A stretch of 64,000 nt of DNA from Elusimicrobiota bacterium (GTDB taxonomy: Bacteria > Elusimicrobiota > UBA8919), in assembly GCA_016928195.1 (NCBI GenBank), contig JAFGLF010000018.1, forward strand, positions 30,731 through 94,730, read 5' to 3'. A program made the translations under genes and the position numbers. The notes beneath the pieces are model-generated. The model ran no database searches. It was given only the letters and a program-made list of their open reading frames with translations, and was not told the DNA's origin. Of the stretch, positions 1 to 9,092 are shown piece by piece (position 1 is the first letter of the stretch; each line of letters opens with the position of its first letter).

Positions 1-30
1 TAACGTCAAAATCATACTTAATAATTCTCC

Positions 31-1047
31 TTACTTATTTTTGGGATGAGATAACATGTTAACTTTTTGATTGTATAAAGTTTGATTATTACTTCTTTGA
101 TAATAATGATTTTTTTCTATTTTCATATTCTTGATTTTTGCATTTTCATTGTTAATCAATTTTATCTCGCTTTTTTCCAAATCTAATGGGGTTTTAGGTA
201 TATCGAAACCTTCTTTGATTTTTTCCCAATCATTACTTTGTATTGTAGTAATTTTATTAAGAAATACACTGACATAACACCCATTTATTGATGTTGCATT
301 AACTTCTTTCAGTTTTTTATTTGTTATTTCCACATAATTAGGGTCAATATCAATCCCGATATATCGCCTTCCTAATTTCTTAGCCGCAATAGCGGTTGTT
401 CCGGTACCCATAAACGGATCAAACACAATATCCCCTTTACCGCTACTCATTAACAGTAACCTTTCAAGCAAGTGAACGGGTAATTGACAGGGATGTTCAT
501 CTCTCCTTGTTTTATGACGTATTCTATGAATATCTGTCCAGACATCAGAAATAATAGGACCACATTTATGCAACTGGTCTTTTTTCCCACCATAATCTTT
601 TAAAATATAATGACACTTTCTACAGCGCTTATGTAACATTCTAATATCGTAAAATTTATAATCCAACTTGGATTTTACATAGTATAAAATTCCATAGTGA
701 TTAGGCAAAAGTGTTTTACCTAACGGTGTTCCCATGGCATCCCAAGCAATCCAATGTCTAAAAATAGCAATTTCATTAAGATAAGAAGCAAAATAAATTA
801 GCCATTTAGGAATATTATGGACAAAAATCGAGCCAGATGGTTTTGTAATACGAACCATTTCAGATAACCATTTTTTACACCAAATAAGATATTCATTAGC
901 ACTCTTTTTATCATTGTAATTATTATAGAGTTTCTTTAGATTAAATGGCGGGTCGGCAAAGGTAATATCAACAGATTCATCAGGTATTTGATGCATCACC
1001 TCAATACAATCTCCTTGAATAATCTTGTTAATATAATTTTTTAGCAT
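31..1047 (-). CDS. DNA methyltransferase, beta-class N4-cytosine/N6-adenine type
   Basis: Motif IV-like FADPPF sits near the N-terminus. Motif I FDPFMGTGTT lies about 190 aa downstream. This IV-then-I order is typical of beta-class N6_N4 MTases. A Cys/His-rich insert (CRKCH...HKCGP) lies in the middle. The gene is 8 nt from the upstream gene. Confidence 0.85.
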   Translation of the reverse strand: MLKNYINKIIQGDCIEVMHQIPDESVDITFADPPFNLKKLYNNYNDKKSANEYLIWCKKWLSEMVRITKPSGSIFVHNIPKWLIYFASYLNEIAIFRHWIAWDAMGTPLGKTLLPNHYGILYYVKSKLDYKFYDIRMLHKRCRKCHYILKDYGGKKDQLHKCGPIISDVWTDIHRIRHKTRRDEHPCQLPVHLLERLLLMSSGKGDIVFDPFMGTGTTAIAAKKLGRRYIGIDIDPNYVEITNKKLKEVNATSINGCYVSVFLNKITTIQSNDWEKIKEGFDIPKTPLDLEKSEIKLINNENAKIKNMKIEKNHYYQRSNNQTLYNQKVNMLSHPKNK

Positions 1048-1055
1048 AAAAAACT

Positions 1056-2756
1056 TTAGATTTTATAAGCCCACACTTTAATAGCAAGTTCAGCAAGTCT
1101 CTTTTGGCGATATTCAATTTCCTTTTTTGTCCATTGAGCATATTGTGCAATTTTCAAGTTTAATTTTAACTTTGATTTCTTATAATAAGGAACTTTGTCC
1201 TTAAAACTATCGTTACCACTTTTGGAATTAATTTTATTTTTTAAAAGAGTAAGATTCCCAATTTTTTTATAATAAATTGTCTTTTCATCTAAACTAAAAT
1301 GATTCCATTTACTAGATGGATTTTCTGGTAGAATGTGTTCTAAATTAATTTCTTCTTTATTATCATTGGGAACCATTTCTATATCCTTACCTCGCAATAA
1401 CTTCTCTATACACCTCAAGTAATATCTTGCAAGATATGCTTTCGAAACGGTTGCTGTTTCAAAAGCTGACTTAAATTCTGTATCATTAGGTATTACTTTT
1501 CGCATGGCCTCAAATAATTCGTTACTATCTTTAATTTCTTTTTTTCTAATTTTAGAAGCGTTATCTGAAATGGTTTGTTCTAAAGTTCCTCCACCGGTAC
1601 CACATATTAATAATCTAACCGAGGAAGATACTAAAAATTTCAAACTTCTTGCAACAGCATCTTTGGTAAAACTTGACAAAATAGCCAATATTAAAGGTCT
1701 AATTTGCCCCATCCTAAACATATTTAATGTCTCTATATTAAGCTTTGCATTATTTCTATATTTACCCCATATTTCATTTGTATTACTCGGGTTTATTATT
1801 GCCACATACAACTTAGAATTATCAAATAGTTCCTTAGCAAAATCGATACATTTTTCTCTAGTTGAAATTTCTTTTTTTATTGCTTTGAATAATTCTTTTT
1901 CCCGAGTTAAACTATGTTTAGAACACCAAAAGTGATAAATATAAGTAATCATTAATTCATCGGCTTTATCCTCTCTTGCGGTTTCAAGAACGCCCATCAT
2001 AGATATCCAAAAATTCTTTACTTCATCTATTCTATTACCAGCAAGAGAAAATAAGTGATTTTTTATTAAGTCTGTTATTGCTAATGATAACCCTCTATCA
2101 TTTAGAGTTTCAAAAATAGTAAAAGCATTAGACTCATCCGGCACTGTTACCAAAATAACTTTAATGCTTGAATCAATATAATTTTTAAATTCCAGCAATG
2201 CTTTGCTTTGATCAGATTGACCTGATATAAAATTTATCAGAAATTGCTTTGCTAACTCATCAGCTTTGGCAATCCGACGATGTGAATCTTTAGTCGGTAA
2301 AATATTTCGTTCTGGATTACCCGGATGTGACAATATTTTCTTTATGAAGAAATCATTGTCGATTTCATTGGTTTGGAATTGCGGAATATTTTCAAGACTA
2401 TCAATATCTTTGTTTATTAAATATTTCTTCTCTATGCCATCTGCTCTGTCTTTACCATTTTTGTCTCCTATTGATAAAAAGTAGTTTCTAATCGCTGCTA
2501 ATAAAATTGTTATGGTTGCAAGTCGCTGTTGACCATCCACGACCTCTGGACATTCTGGTGATCTCTCATTTACAACCACTGAACCTAAAAAGTATTCGCT
2601 TTCCTTATTTTTTATAGCCTTGGCTAAATCCTGAAAAAGATTGCTTATATGTTCTTCTTTCCATGCATATGTTCTCTGATAAGTTGGAACGGATAATTTT
2701 CTATCAGACAACATATGCCCAATTCCATCTAACTTAATATTAATATTTATACTCAT
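1056..2756 (-). CDS. GmrSD-like type IV restriction enzyme (DUF262 + DUF1524)
   Basis: N-terminal DUF262/ParB-like motifs (VPTYQRTYAW, VVDGQQRLATI). C-terminal DUF1524 His-Me finger (LEHILPE ... IGNLTLL ... NSKSGN). Start moved to ATG 2756, which has a GGGGAG SD. The longer track ORF would overlap the upstream gene by 137 nt. Confidence 0.8.
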   Translation of the reverse strand: MSININIKLDGIGHMLSDRKLSVPTYQRTYAWKEEHISNLFQDLAKAIKNKESEYFLGSVVVNERSPECPEVVDGQQRLATITILLAAIRNYFLSIGDKNGKDRADGIEKKYLINKDIDSLENIPQFQTNEIDNDFFIKKILSHPGNPERNILPTKDSHRRIAKADELAKQFLINFISGQSDQSKALLEFKNYIDSSIKVILVTVPDESNAFTIFETLNDRGLSLAITDLIKNHLFSLAGNRIDEVKNFWISMMGVLETAREDKADELMITYIYHFWCSKHSLTREKELFKAIKKEISTREKCIDFAKELFDNSKLYVAIINPSNTNEIWGKYRNNAKLNIETLNMFRMGQIRPLILAILSSFTKDAVARSLKFLVSSSVRLLICGTGGGTLEQTISDNASKIRKKEIKDSNELFEAMRKVIPNDTEFKSAFETATVSKAYLARYYLRCIEKLLRGKDIEMVPNDNKEEINLEHILPENPSSKWNHFSLDEKTIYYKKIGNLTLLKNKINSKSGNDSFKDKVPYYKKSKLKLNLKIAQYAQWTKKEIEYRQKRLAELAIKVWAYKI

Positions 2757-2772
2757 AATTTGTCTCCCCTTA

Positions 2773-3744
2773 TTAGAATTTTCTGCCAAATATACTTTTA
2801 AGTAATATTGCAAATCGGTCCAATTCATGTGGGTGAAAGGTAAATACGAAATCATAAGCGACAACCATCCTTTGTAAATCACCTCTCCTGACGTACCATC
2901 CAATTCCATCTACAAAACCAACAAAAACTACCTTTGGGTAATTTTTTTTCAAGTAATCAGCGACTACTTTCTCTGTCTTTGCCTTATCGCCCATACCCGA
3001 AGCAGTCGTAACTGCATAAGAACATTCCATTATAAGTTTGGGATTCTTTTTGTCGGGTACAATGAAATCCATTGTTCTTGGAATATTACCAGCCGAAGGT
3101 ATCTTAAACTTACCTCTCTCAAATGGTAATTTATACTTATCCAAGATTCCTTCTATAACTACTTCGGGATTACCGCCTTTATCTGCTTTGTATGCCCCTT
3201 TAGTTTTATAACGAATTATTGTATCAACAAGTGATTCAACAGAAAAAGTAAATTTATTGATGTCTAATTTCTTAAACTCAAAGAGTGGTAAGGCAAGTTT
3301 TATTGCAGGACTGGTGGAACCCTTAAAAAAGAGATTAACAATTCCTTCTGCAAACTTACGGTTGGTCCTGACATTTTTTTTGATTCTTCCCAGTGTCCAC
3401 TCGGTGGTAAAATCTTCCTGCGGCCAATCTGATTTATTAACCAGAATTGATAATTGTTTATCATTATTAACACGGATAAAAGTAACCAATCGTAATAGAC
3501 TTTCTTTAGAAAATCCAGTTACAGTAAGCAGAGCATCTAAACCATCTTCTACCTTAAGGATATGGTTCAACAACACACCTTCTTTTAGACCATCTTGTTT
3601 AACCTTGTTTTTCAGGATAAACAGATTCTGTGCCAAGGACGATATATGCCCTTCGTACTCCTCCTCAAAACGAGGGTTTTGAAAATAAAAAGTATTTTGA
3701 TCAATAACTGTTTTAAATTTGTCGTTAATTGATGGATATCGCAT
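2773..3744 (-). CDS. putative type II restriction endonuclease (DpnII/MboI-like C-terminal core?)
   Basis: 323-aa ORF packed between an MTase and the GmrSD-like gene. The C-terminal third shows a nuclease-like pattern: RTMDFIVP...KLIMECSY...SGMGDKAKTE...VDGIGWYVRRGDL. From memory this resembles the DpnII-family core. Not verified by any search. Confidence 0.45.
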   Translation of the reverse strand: MRYPSINDKFKTVIDQNTFYFQNPRFEEEYEGHISSLAQNLFILKNKVKQDGLKEGVLLNHILKVEDGLDALLTVTGFSKESLLRLVTFIRVNNDKQLSILVNKSDWPQEDFTTEWTLGRIKKNVRTNRKFAEGIVNLFFKGSTSPAIKLALPLFEFKKLDINKFTFSVESLVDTIIRYKTKGAYKADKGGNPEVVIEGILDKYKLPFERGKFKIPSAGNIPRTMDFIVPDKKNPKLIMECSYAVTTASGMGDKAKTEKVVADYLKKNYPKVVFVGFVDGIGWYVRRGDLQRMVVAYDFVFTFHPHELDRFAILLKSIFGRKF

Positions 3745-3758
3745 TTATCACCTTTTAA

Positions 3759-5009
3759 TTAATTTTTTCTCAAAAATAATATATACTCATCTCTCATTGT
3801 ATTTTGAATTCCCCTTATTGGCTTTGTGATTTTCTGATCAAGAACGAAAGAATGATTTTTTGCCATTTCTTCAACCTTAGTTTCCAATCTTATCCCACCG
3901 GTTTGAACATCATTTGAACCGATTATTATAACTGCATATTTCCCAATTTTCAGGACTCTGGACATTTCTGACAATGCCTTGTTCATATCATTAAAATAAT
4001 TATCAAGTTTTTCTTTTATCCCTCTTCCTTTCAACCCTATCATTTCATTTCCAAGATTAGAAACATTATATCCCAAATATTCTAACTGCGGCCGGTCATT
4101 TTCCGCATAATCGATAGCAAATGAATATGGAGGTGAGGTAATAATACCATCAATTGAATTATCGTCTATTGGGAGCGACATGGCATCTCCCAACTTAAAT
4201 TTAGCCTTACCTATTTTTAAATTTAATTTATTTCTTACTTGTAAAAATGAATTAATCTGGCCAACATACCTTTTTAGCACAGTTGGAAAAAGAATATCTA
4301 TACTTTTCGAGCATCTTCGAGCATAGCCCATAGCATCTAAAAAAGCTAACAAAGTTATCGCTTTTTCATTATTAAAACAACTTTCAGAATAGAATTCAGA
4401 ATCTATTTTTTTGCATTTCATTAAACTCTTATAATTTTTAGTCATATTCTCAAGTATACTATTCAAAGTTTTATGGTTTACCCTCAAACATCTATGCTTA
4501 ACTCTGCTCATTAATATACAAAATGGGCTTTTTTCAACACCAATGGAATCAATCCCTATTACAGAAGCTTCAACATTTAAAGTACCACTTCCACACATAG
4601 GATCAAGAACTGTATCTCCTTGTTGAAGACCCAACATATTTAAGAGTCCTTTAATGAGTTGTGGATGAAATTTACCTCTATAAGGAAAAAGACCATGTGT
4701 GGCATAACCTGTAGAAAAATTTCCCTCTTTGAAATATGCTTTTGTAATTTCCGATCTTCCTTTCCAAACAAGCGGACTATTATTAGAGCAAATTAAATAA
4801 TGATTTGTGTCTTGTCCATTAATACTTTTAAAAAATGCTCCCCTTTGAATAATTTCTTTTTTGGTTAATAATTTACTTTCGTAAAAAGCAAATTCTAATT
4901 CAAATAATTCAGAAGTATTAGGTAAAATTTTATACTCTTCAGGAAACAAAAAGGAATTTATTTTGGGTAAATTGTTTATCGTAATGTTATTTTGAACTAT
5001 ATTATGCAT
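3759..5009 (-). CDS. DNA methyltransferase (motif I DPMCGSGT, motif IV SPPY)
   Basis: GKFHPQL then VLDPMCGSGTL (AdoMet motif I). ITSPPYSF (motif IV) follows about 155 aa later. The I-then-IV order indicates an alpha/gamma-type amino-MTase. SPPY is more typical of N4-cytosine enzymes. The ATG at 5009 overlaps the hisC stop by 13 nt. Confidence 0.75.
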   Translation of the reverse strand: MHNIVQNNITINNLPKINSFLFPEEYKILPNTSELFELEFAFYESKLLTKKEIIQRGAFFKSINGQDTNHYLICSNNSPLVWKGRSEITKAYFKEGNFSTGYATHGLFPYRGKFHPQLIKGLLNMLGLQQGDTVLDPMCGSGTLNVEASVIGIDSIGVEKSPFCILMSRVKHRCLRVNHKTLNSILENMTKNYKSLMKCKKIDSEFYSESCFNNEKAITLLAFLDAMGYARRCSKSIDILFPTVLKRYVGQINSFLQVRNKLNLKIGKAKFKLGDAMSLPIDDNSIDGIITSPPYSFAIDYAENDRPQLEYLGYNVSNLGNEMIGLKGRGIKEKLDNYFNDMNKALSEMSRVLKIGKYAVIIIGSNDVQTGGIRLETKVEEMAKNHSFVLDQKITKPIRGIQNTMRDEYILFLRKN

Positions 5010-6094
5010 TGTTTTAATTCCTTAATAAATTTCTTATTTTCAGAAGGCAATCCAATCGTAACCCTGATAAAATCCTTAAAATCGTATTCGTCCATTGCGC
5101 GCACTATAATCCCTTTACGTAAAAGTTTATTAAAGATCGTTTTCCCGTCACTTTTCACATTGATGAGTATAAAATTTGCCGCTGTAGGAACATACTCCAA
5201 ACCAATTTTTTCCAATTCTTTATATAAATATTTTTTCTGACTCAGTACCAGTGCTCTGGATTTTTTCATATGCTGTCTATCACTCAATGCCGCTGCTGCC
5301 GCAATCTGTGCAACCGAAGAAACATTGAAGGGCGGTCTGATTCTTTCAATATAGGATATTACTTCTTCAGAAGATATCCCGTATCCTATTCTTAAACCTG
5401 CCAGCCCGTATATCTTTGAAAATGTTCTTGCGAACATAACATTCAATCCTTTTTTTAAATACTCCATTCCCACAGGGCAATCATTTTCATCAACATATTC
5501 TGCATAGGCCTCGTCAACAAAAGTGAGCGGTGAGTAGTTAGCAGTGAGCAGTTTATTGAAATATTTCTCAAATTCTTGTTTTGTATTATATGTTCCTGTC
5601 GGATTATTCGGATTGGCAATAAAAACAATCTTTGTTTTTTCCGTCACAGCATCAGCCATAGCTTCCAGGTCGTGCTTATAGTTTTTCATAGGTACTTCAA
5701 CAACCTTACAATCCATCAAATCCCCTGCCATTTTATACCTGACAAAAGCATGTTCGGAAACTACTATCTCATCTTCCGGATTTAAAAATGTTTTCCCCAG
5801 AAGCTCTATTATTTCATCAATACCGCTTCCGAAAATTATCTGATTTTCACAAACACCATAAATACAGGCAACCTTACTTCTTAAATCAAAACAATATCCA
5901 TCAGGATAAATATTAACATTATTCAATACTTTTCTCAAAGCCAAAACGGCTTTTTTTGAAGGACCAAGAGAGTTTTCATTAGAAGCCAGTTTTATAACTT
6001 CTTTGAGCTTAAACTCACGTTTAACATCTTCCATGGGCTTGCCGGGTATGTACGGCTGACAACTTAAAACATTTTTTCTGACACAATTCTTCAT
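4997..6094 (-). CDS. hisC: histidinol-phosphate aminotransferase
   Basis: LASNENSLGP, NPNNPTG and FSKIYGLAGLRIGY (PLP-lysine region) motifs. 365 aa. Confidence 0.9.
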   Translation of the reverse strand: MKNCVRKNVLSCQPYIPGKPMEDVKREFKLKEVIKLASNENSLGPSKKAVLALRKVLNNVNIYPDGYCFDLRSKVACIYGVCENQIIFGSGIDEIIELLGKTFLNPEDEIVVSEHAFVRYKMAGDLMDCKVVEVPMKNYKHDLEAMADAVTEKTKIVFIANPNNPTGTYNTKQEFEKYFNKLLTANYSPLTFVDEAYAEYVDENDCPVGMEYLKKGLNVMFARTFSKIYGLAGLRIGYGISSEEVISYIERIRPPFNVSSVAQIAAAAALSDRQHMKKSRALVLSQKKYLYKELEKIGLEYVPTAANFILINVKSDGKTIFNKLLRKGIIVRAMDEYDFKDFIRVTIGLPSENKKFIKELKQCII

Positions 6095-6259
6095 AATTCT
6101 ATTCTTTTTACCTTTTTAATTGTGGGGCGAGCAAGGAATTTGCTCGGTACCCTTTCATGCCAAAGGCAGATCCGCCTCTGGCGGAAAGGAGCGCCGCCCC
6201 TTTGGGGCGAGCCTCGCCCATCTTTGATGGGCGGGACTCAAAAAAGTTTTTCTAAGTGG
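6095..6259. repeat. GC-rich mosaic hairpin element (family G)
   Basis: Chain of hairpins: GAGCAA/TTGCTC, TCCGCCTCTGGCGGA (6171-6185), GGGCGA/TCGCCC and CGCCCAT/ATGGGCG. 6127-6154 matches 18078-18105 at 27 of 28 positions. 6241-6266 resembles 58694-58721. Confidence 0.8.
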
Positions 6260-7321
6260 TTATTCTCCCATCGGATACGAACCAAGTATCTTAAGAACCG
6301 AACAATGCTTTTCAAGTTCCAATAGAGCCTTTTTTACATTTTTATTATCGACATGGCCAACGAAATCAACAAAAAATATATATTCCCATGCCTTCTTCTT
6401 AGTCGGCCTGGATTCGATTTTCGTAAGGTTTAATTTATATTTTTTGAACGGTATAAGCATATCATGCAACACACCGACCCTGTCTTTAACCGTAAACATA
6501 ATGGATGTTTTGTCATTTCCGGACGGAGGCGGATTCTTTTTGCCTATTACAAGAAAACGGGTAAAGTTGTTCTTATAATCTTCTATATTTTTTGCAATAA
6601 TTTTAAGTCCATATAACCTGCTAGCCACTATTGAAGAAACAGCAGCCGTCCTTTGCTCTTTTTTTGCAAGACGGGCAGCTTCAGCAGTGGATGCTACTTC
6701 AACAACTTTTACACTCTTCAGGTTCTTATCAATCCAATTCCTTGTTTGTGCTATTGCCTGAGGATGCGAGTAAATCTTTTTTATTCTATCAATAGAGTTT
6801 TCACGCGACAGCAAACAATGTGAAATCTCCAGAAACATCTCCGATGTGATTTTCAGATCCGATTCAATAAACATATCAAGTGTATGATTAACAACACCCT
6901 CTGTTGAATTCTCTATAGGCACAACACCATAATTTGCACGGTCCTTTTCTATTTCGGTAAAAACATCTTTTATCGATTTCACGGGAATATAAACAGCATG
7001 CCTGCCGAAAATTTCAATTGCAGCAAGATGGGTAAACGTGGCTTCGGGTCCAAAATAAGAAATTTTTATCTTCTTCTGAATGGAACGGGAAGCATTAAGT
7101 ATTTCCTGAAAAATATCCGATAAGAATTCATCCGGTATAGGCCCCATATTGCGTTTTAACAAATTAGAAACAATCTCTTTTTCTCTTACGGGAGCAAAGA
7201 TTGATTCTTTCTTTTCCGACTTGATTTTTCCTATTTTAATTGCCAGCTTTATCCGCTCGTTCAGAAGTTTTAGGATTTTTTGGTCTAAACCGTCAATCTT
7301 CTTCCTGATTCCCTTAATCAT
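6260..7321 (-). CDS. pheA: bifunctional chorismate mutase / prephenate dehydratase (P-protein)
   Basis: N-terminal chorismate mutase helix (IDGLDQKILKLLNER). PDT core (ISYFGPEATFTH, NFTRF). C-terminal ACT domain (IMFTVKDRVGVLHD ... IESRP). Confidence 0.9.
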   Translation of the reverse strand: MIKGIRKKIDGLDQKILKLLNERIKLAIKIGKIKSEKKESIFAPVREKEIVSNLLKRNMGPIPDEFLSDIFQEILNASRSIQKKIKISYFGPEATFTHLAAIEIFGRHAVYIPVKSIKDVFTEIEKDRANYGVVPIENSTEGVVNHTLDMFIESDLKITSEMFLEISHCLLSRENSIDRIKKIYSHPQAIAQTRNWIDKNLKSVKVVEVASTAEAARLAKKEQRTAAVSSIVASRLYGLKIIAKNIEDYKNNFTRFLVIGKKNPPPSGNDKTSIMFTVKDRVGVLHDMLIPFKKYKLNLTKIESRPTKKKAWEYIFFVDFVGHVDNKNVKKALLELEKHCSVLKILGSYPMGE

Positions 7322-7389
7322 TTACTCCCTCCACCAAAACACAAATTACCACAAAGTAATCCGCCGCGGCGGACGGCCATTTGCGATAC
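7322..7389. repeat. word/palindrome spacer element
   Basis: CACAAATTACCACAAA plus TAATCCGCCGCGGCGGACG (palindrome at 7360-7373). Both modules recur at 63106-63165. Confidence 0.75.
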
Positions 7390-8004
7390 TTATCTCATCA
7401 TTATTAAAGATAACATTCTTTCTTTCGTCTTATTTCTCCTGTAAGAAAAAAAATTATTATTATGCGTACATATGTCGGCCAAACTAATCTTTTTCACATC
7501 CATACTATGTGCCTGTGCGGAAATAACTTTATCCAGATCAACACCATAACAGCATTTTTTTATATGCGGACCTACCGCAATAAAGATATCCAGAGGTTTT
7601 GAACCAAAACTTCTCATAAAAATATCTATTGCTTTTTTGATAATATTTTTTTCAAGACCGGCACGGCCGGCATGAACTAACCCGACTATCTTTTTTACTC
7701 TATCATGTATAAATACGGGCAGGCAATCCGCTGTAAAAACAGCAAGGGGAATACCTTTTTTATCAGTTATAAATCCATCTATTGCATGATTTATTTTAAA
7801 AATATCTTTTTTAGAAACAATTTTTATATTATCGCTATGTGTCTGAATGCCTGATACAAAATTTTTTATTCCAAAATACTTTAATACTTTTTCACGGTTC
7901 TTCTTATACTTCATATTACCATGAAAAACGGTAGTAGTAAAATTTACAATACCTTGTCTTTTAAGCTTATCCTCGTAATAAAAACCGTGTTTTAACTTCC
8001 ACAT
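7390..8004 (-). CDS. pgeF: YfiH/PgeF family (DUF152) purine nucleoside phosphorylase / peptidoglycan editing factor
   Basis: FTADCLPVF, GLVHAGRAG and CCYGV motifs. The ATG overlaps the pilT stop (TAATG). Confidence 0.8.
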   Translation of the reverse strand: MWKLKHGFYYEDKLKRQGIVNFTTTVFHGNMKYKKNREKVLKYFGIKNFVSGIQTHSDNIKIVSKKDIFKINHAIDGFITDKKGIPLAVFTADCLPVFIHDRVKKIVGLVHAGRAGLEKNIIKKAIDIFMRSFGSKPLDIFIAVGPHIKKCCYGVDLDKVISAQAHSMDVKKISLADICTHNNNFFSYRRNKTKERMLSLIMMR

Positions 8005-9092
8005 TAACCTATCCCGGTTGATTCACTGCCAGAAGTTATTCCTCGTACATTCATCATAAGTTCTTCCGGATTTGATGCGGCTGCAAGAACATCCTCAAGT
8101 GCAACATCTCCGGAATTGTAAAGGTTTAGAAGGGCCTGGTTAAACAACTGCATACCATAATAATTACCCTGCTTTATTGCCTGTGTTATTTCCCCCATAG
8201 TATTTTGTTCGATATGTTTTTTCACCAATGTTGTGACAACAAGAATTTCACAGGCAGGAACTCTTCCCCTCTTCGTGCTAGGTAAAAGACGCTGGGATAT
8301 AACCCCTTTCAATGTATCTGCAAGCTGAAGCCTAATCTGATTCTGATGATGCGGAGGAAACATATCAATAATTCTTGTAACCGTCTGAACCGCATCAATT
8401 GTATGAATCGTCGAAAGTACAAGATGTCCTGTCTGAGCAGCTGTCAATGCAGCTGCCATTGTTTCATTATCCCGCATCTCTCCGATTAAAATAACATCCG
8501 GATCCTGCCTAACAACATGTTTTAATGCCTCGGAATAAGAAAGCGTATCGAGACCAAGTTCGCGCTGTGAAATTATTGAGAGTTTGTCTTTATGCAAAAA
8601 TTCAATAGGATCCTCAATGGTTATTATATTTGTAGAACGACTGGAGTTTATATAATCAATCATGGCAGCAAGTGTTGTGGACTTCCCGCAGCCGGTTGTA
8701 CCTGTAACCAATACAAGACCTCTATGATTCTCTGCTATCCTTTTTATAGAATCTGGAAGACCTATTGAATCAAGAGACGGTACTTCACTGGGAACACATC
8801 TCATTACTATATTAACAGTTCCCTTCTGGCGATAAACATTCCCTCTAAACCTGCCGATATCAGCAGCAGCATAAGATAAATCACACTCACCTTTCTCCAT
8901 AAAAACTTCCCGCTGCTTATCATTCATAATCGACTGGGCAATTTTTTCCATCTGTTCTATTGTAAATACCTTATCCTTAATAGGGTTAAGCTTACCATTA
9001 ATTCTTAAAACGGCCGGCATATCTGCACGTAAATGCAAATCAGATGCTTTCTGGGAAACTGTAATTTTAAGAAGTTCGTTTAATTCTTGCAT
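8004..9092 (-). CDS. pilT: type IV pilus retraction ATPase PilT
   Basis: Walker A GTTGCGKSTT and Walker B DVILIGEMRD. PilT-type His box region (LVLSTIHT). 362 aa. Confidence 0.9.
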   Translation of the reverse strand: MQELNELLKITVSQKASDLHLRADMPAVLRINGKLNPIKDKVFTIEQMEKIAQSIMNDKQREVFMEKGECDLSYAAADIGRFRGNVYRQKGTVNIVMRCVPSEVPSLDSIGLPDSIKRIAENHRGLVLVTGTTGCGKSTTLAAMIDYINSSRSTNIITIEDPIEFLHKDKLSIISQRELGLDTLSYSEALKHVVRQDPDVILIGEMRDNETMAAALTAAQTGHLVLSTIHTIDAVQTVTRIIDMFPPHHQNQIRLQLADTLKGVISQRLLPSTKRGRVPACEILVVTTLVKKHIEQNTMGEITQAIKQGNYYGMQLFNQALLNLYNSGDVALEDVLAAASNPEELMMNVRGITSGSESTGIG

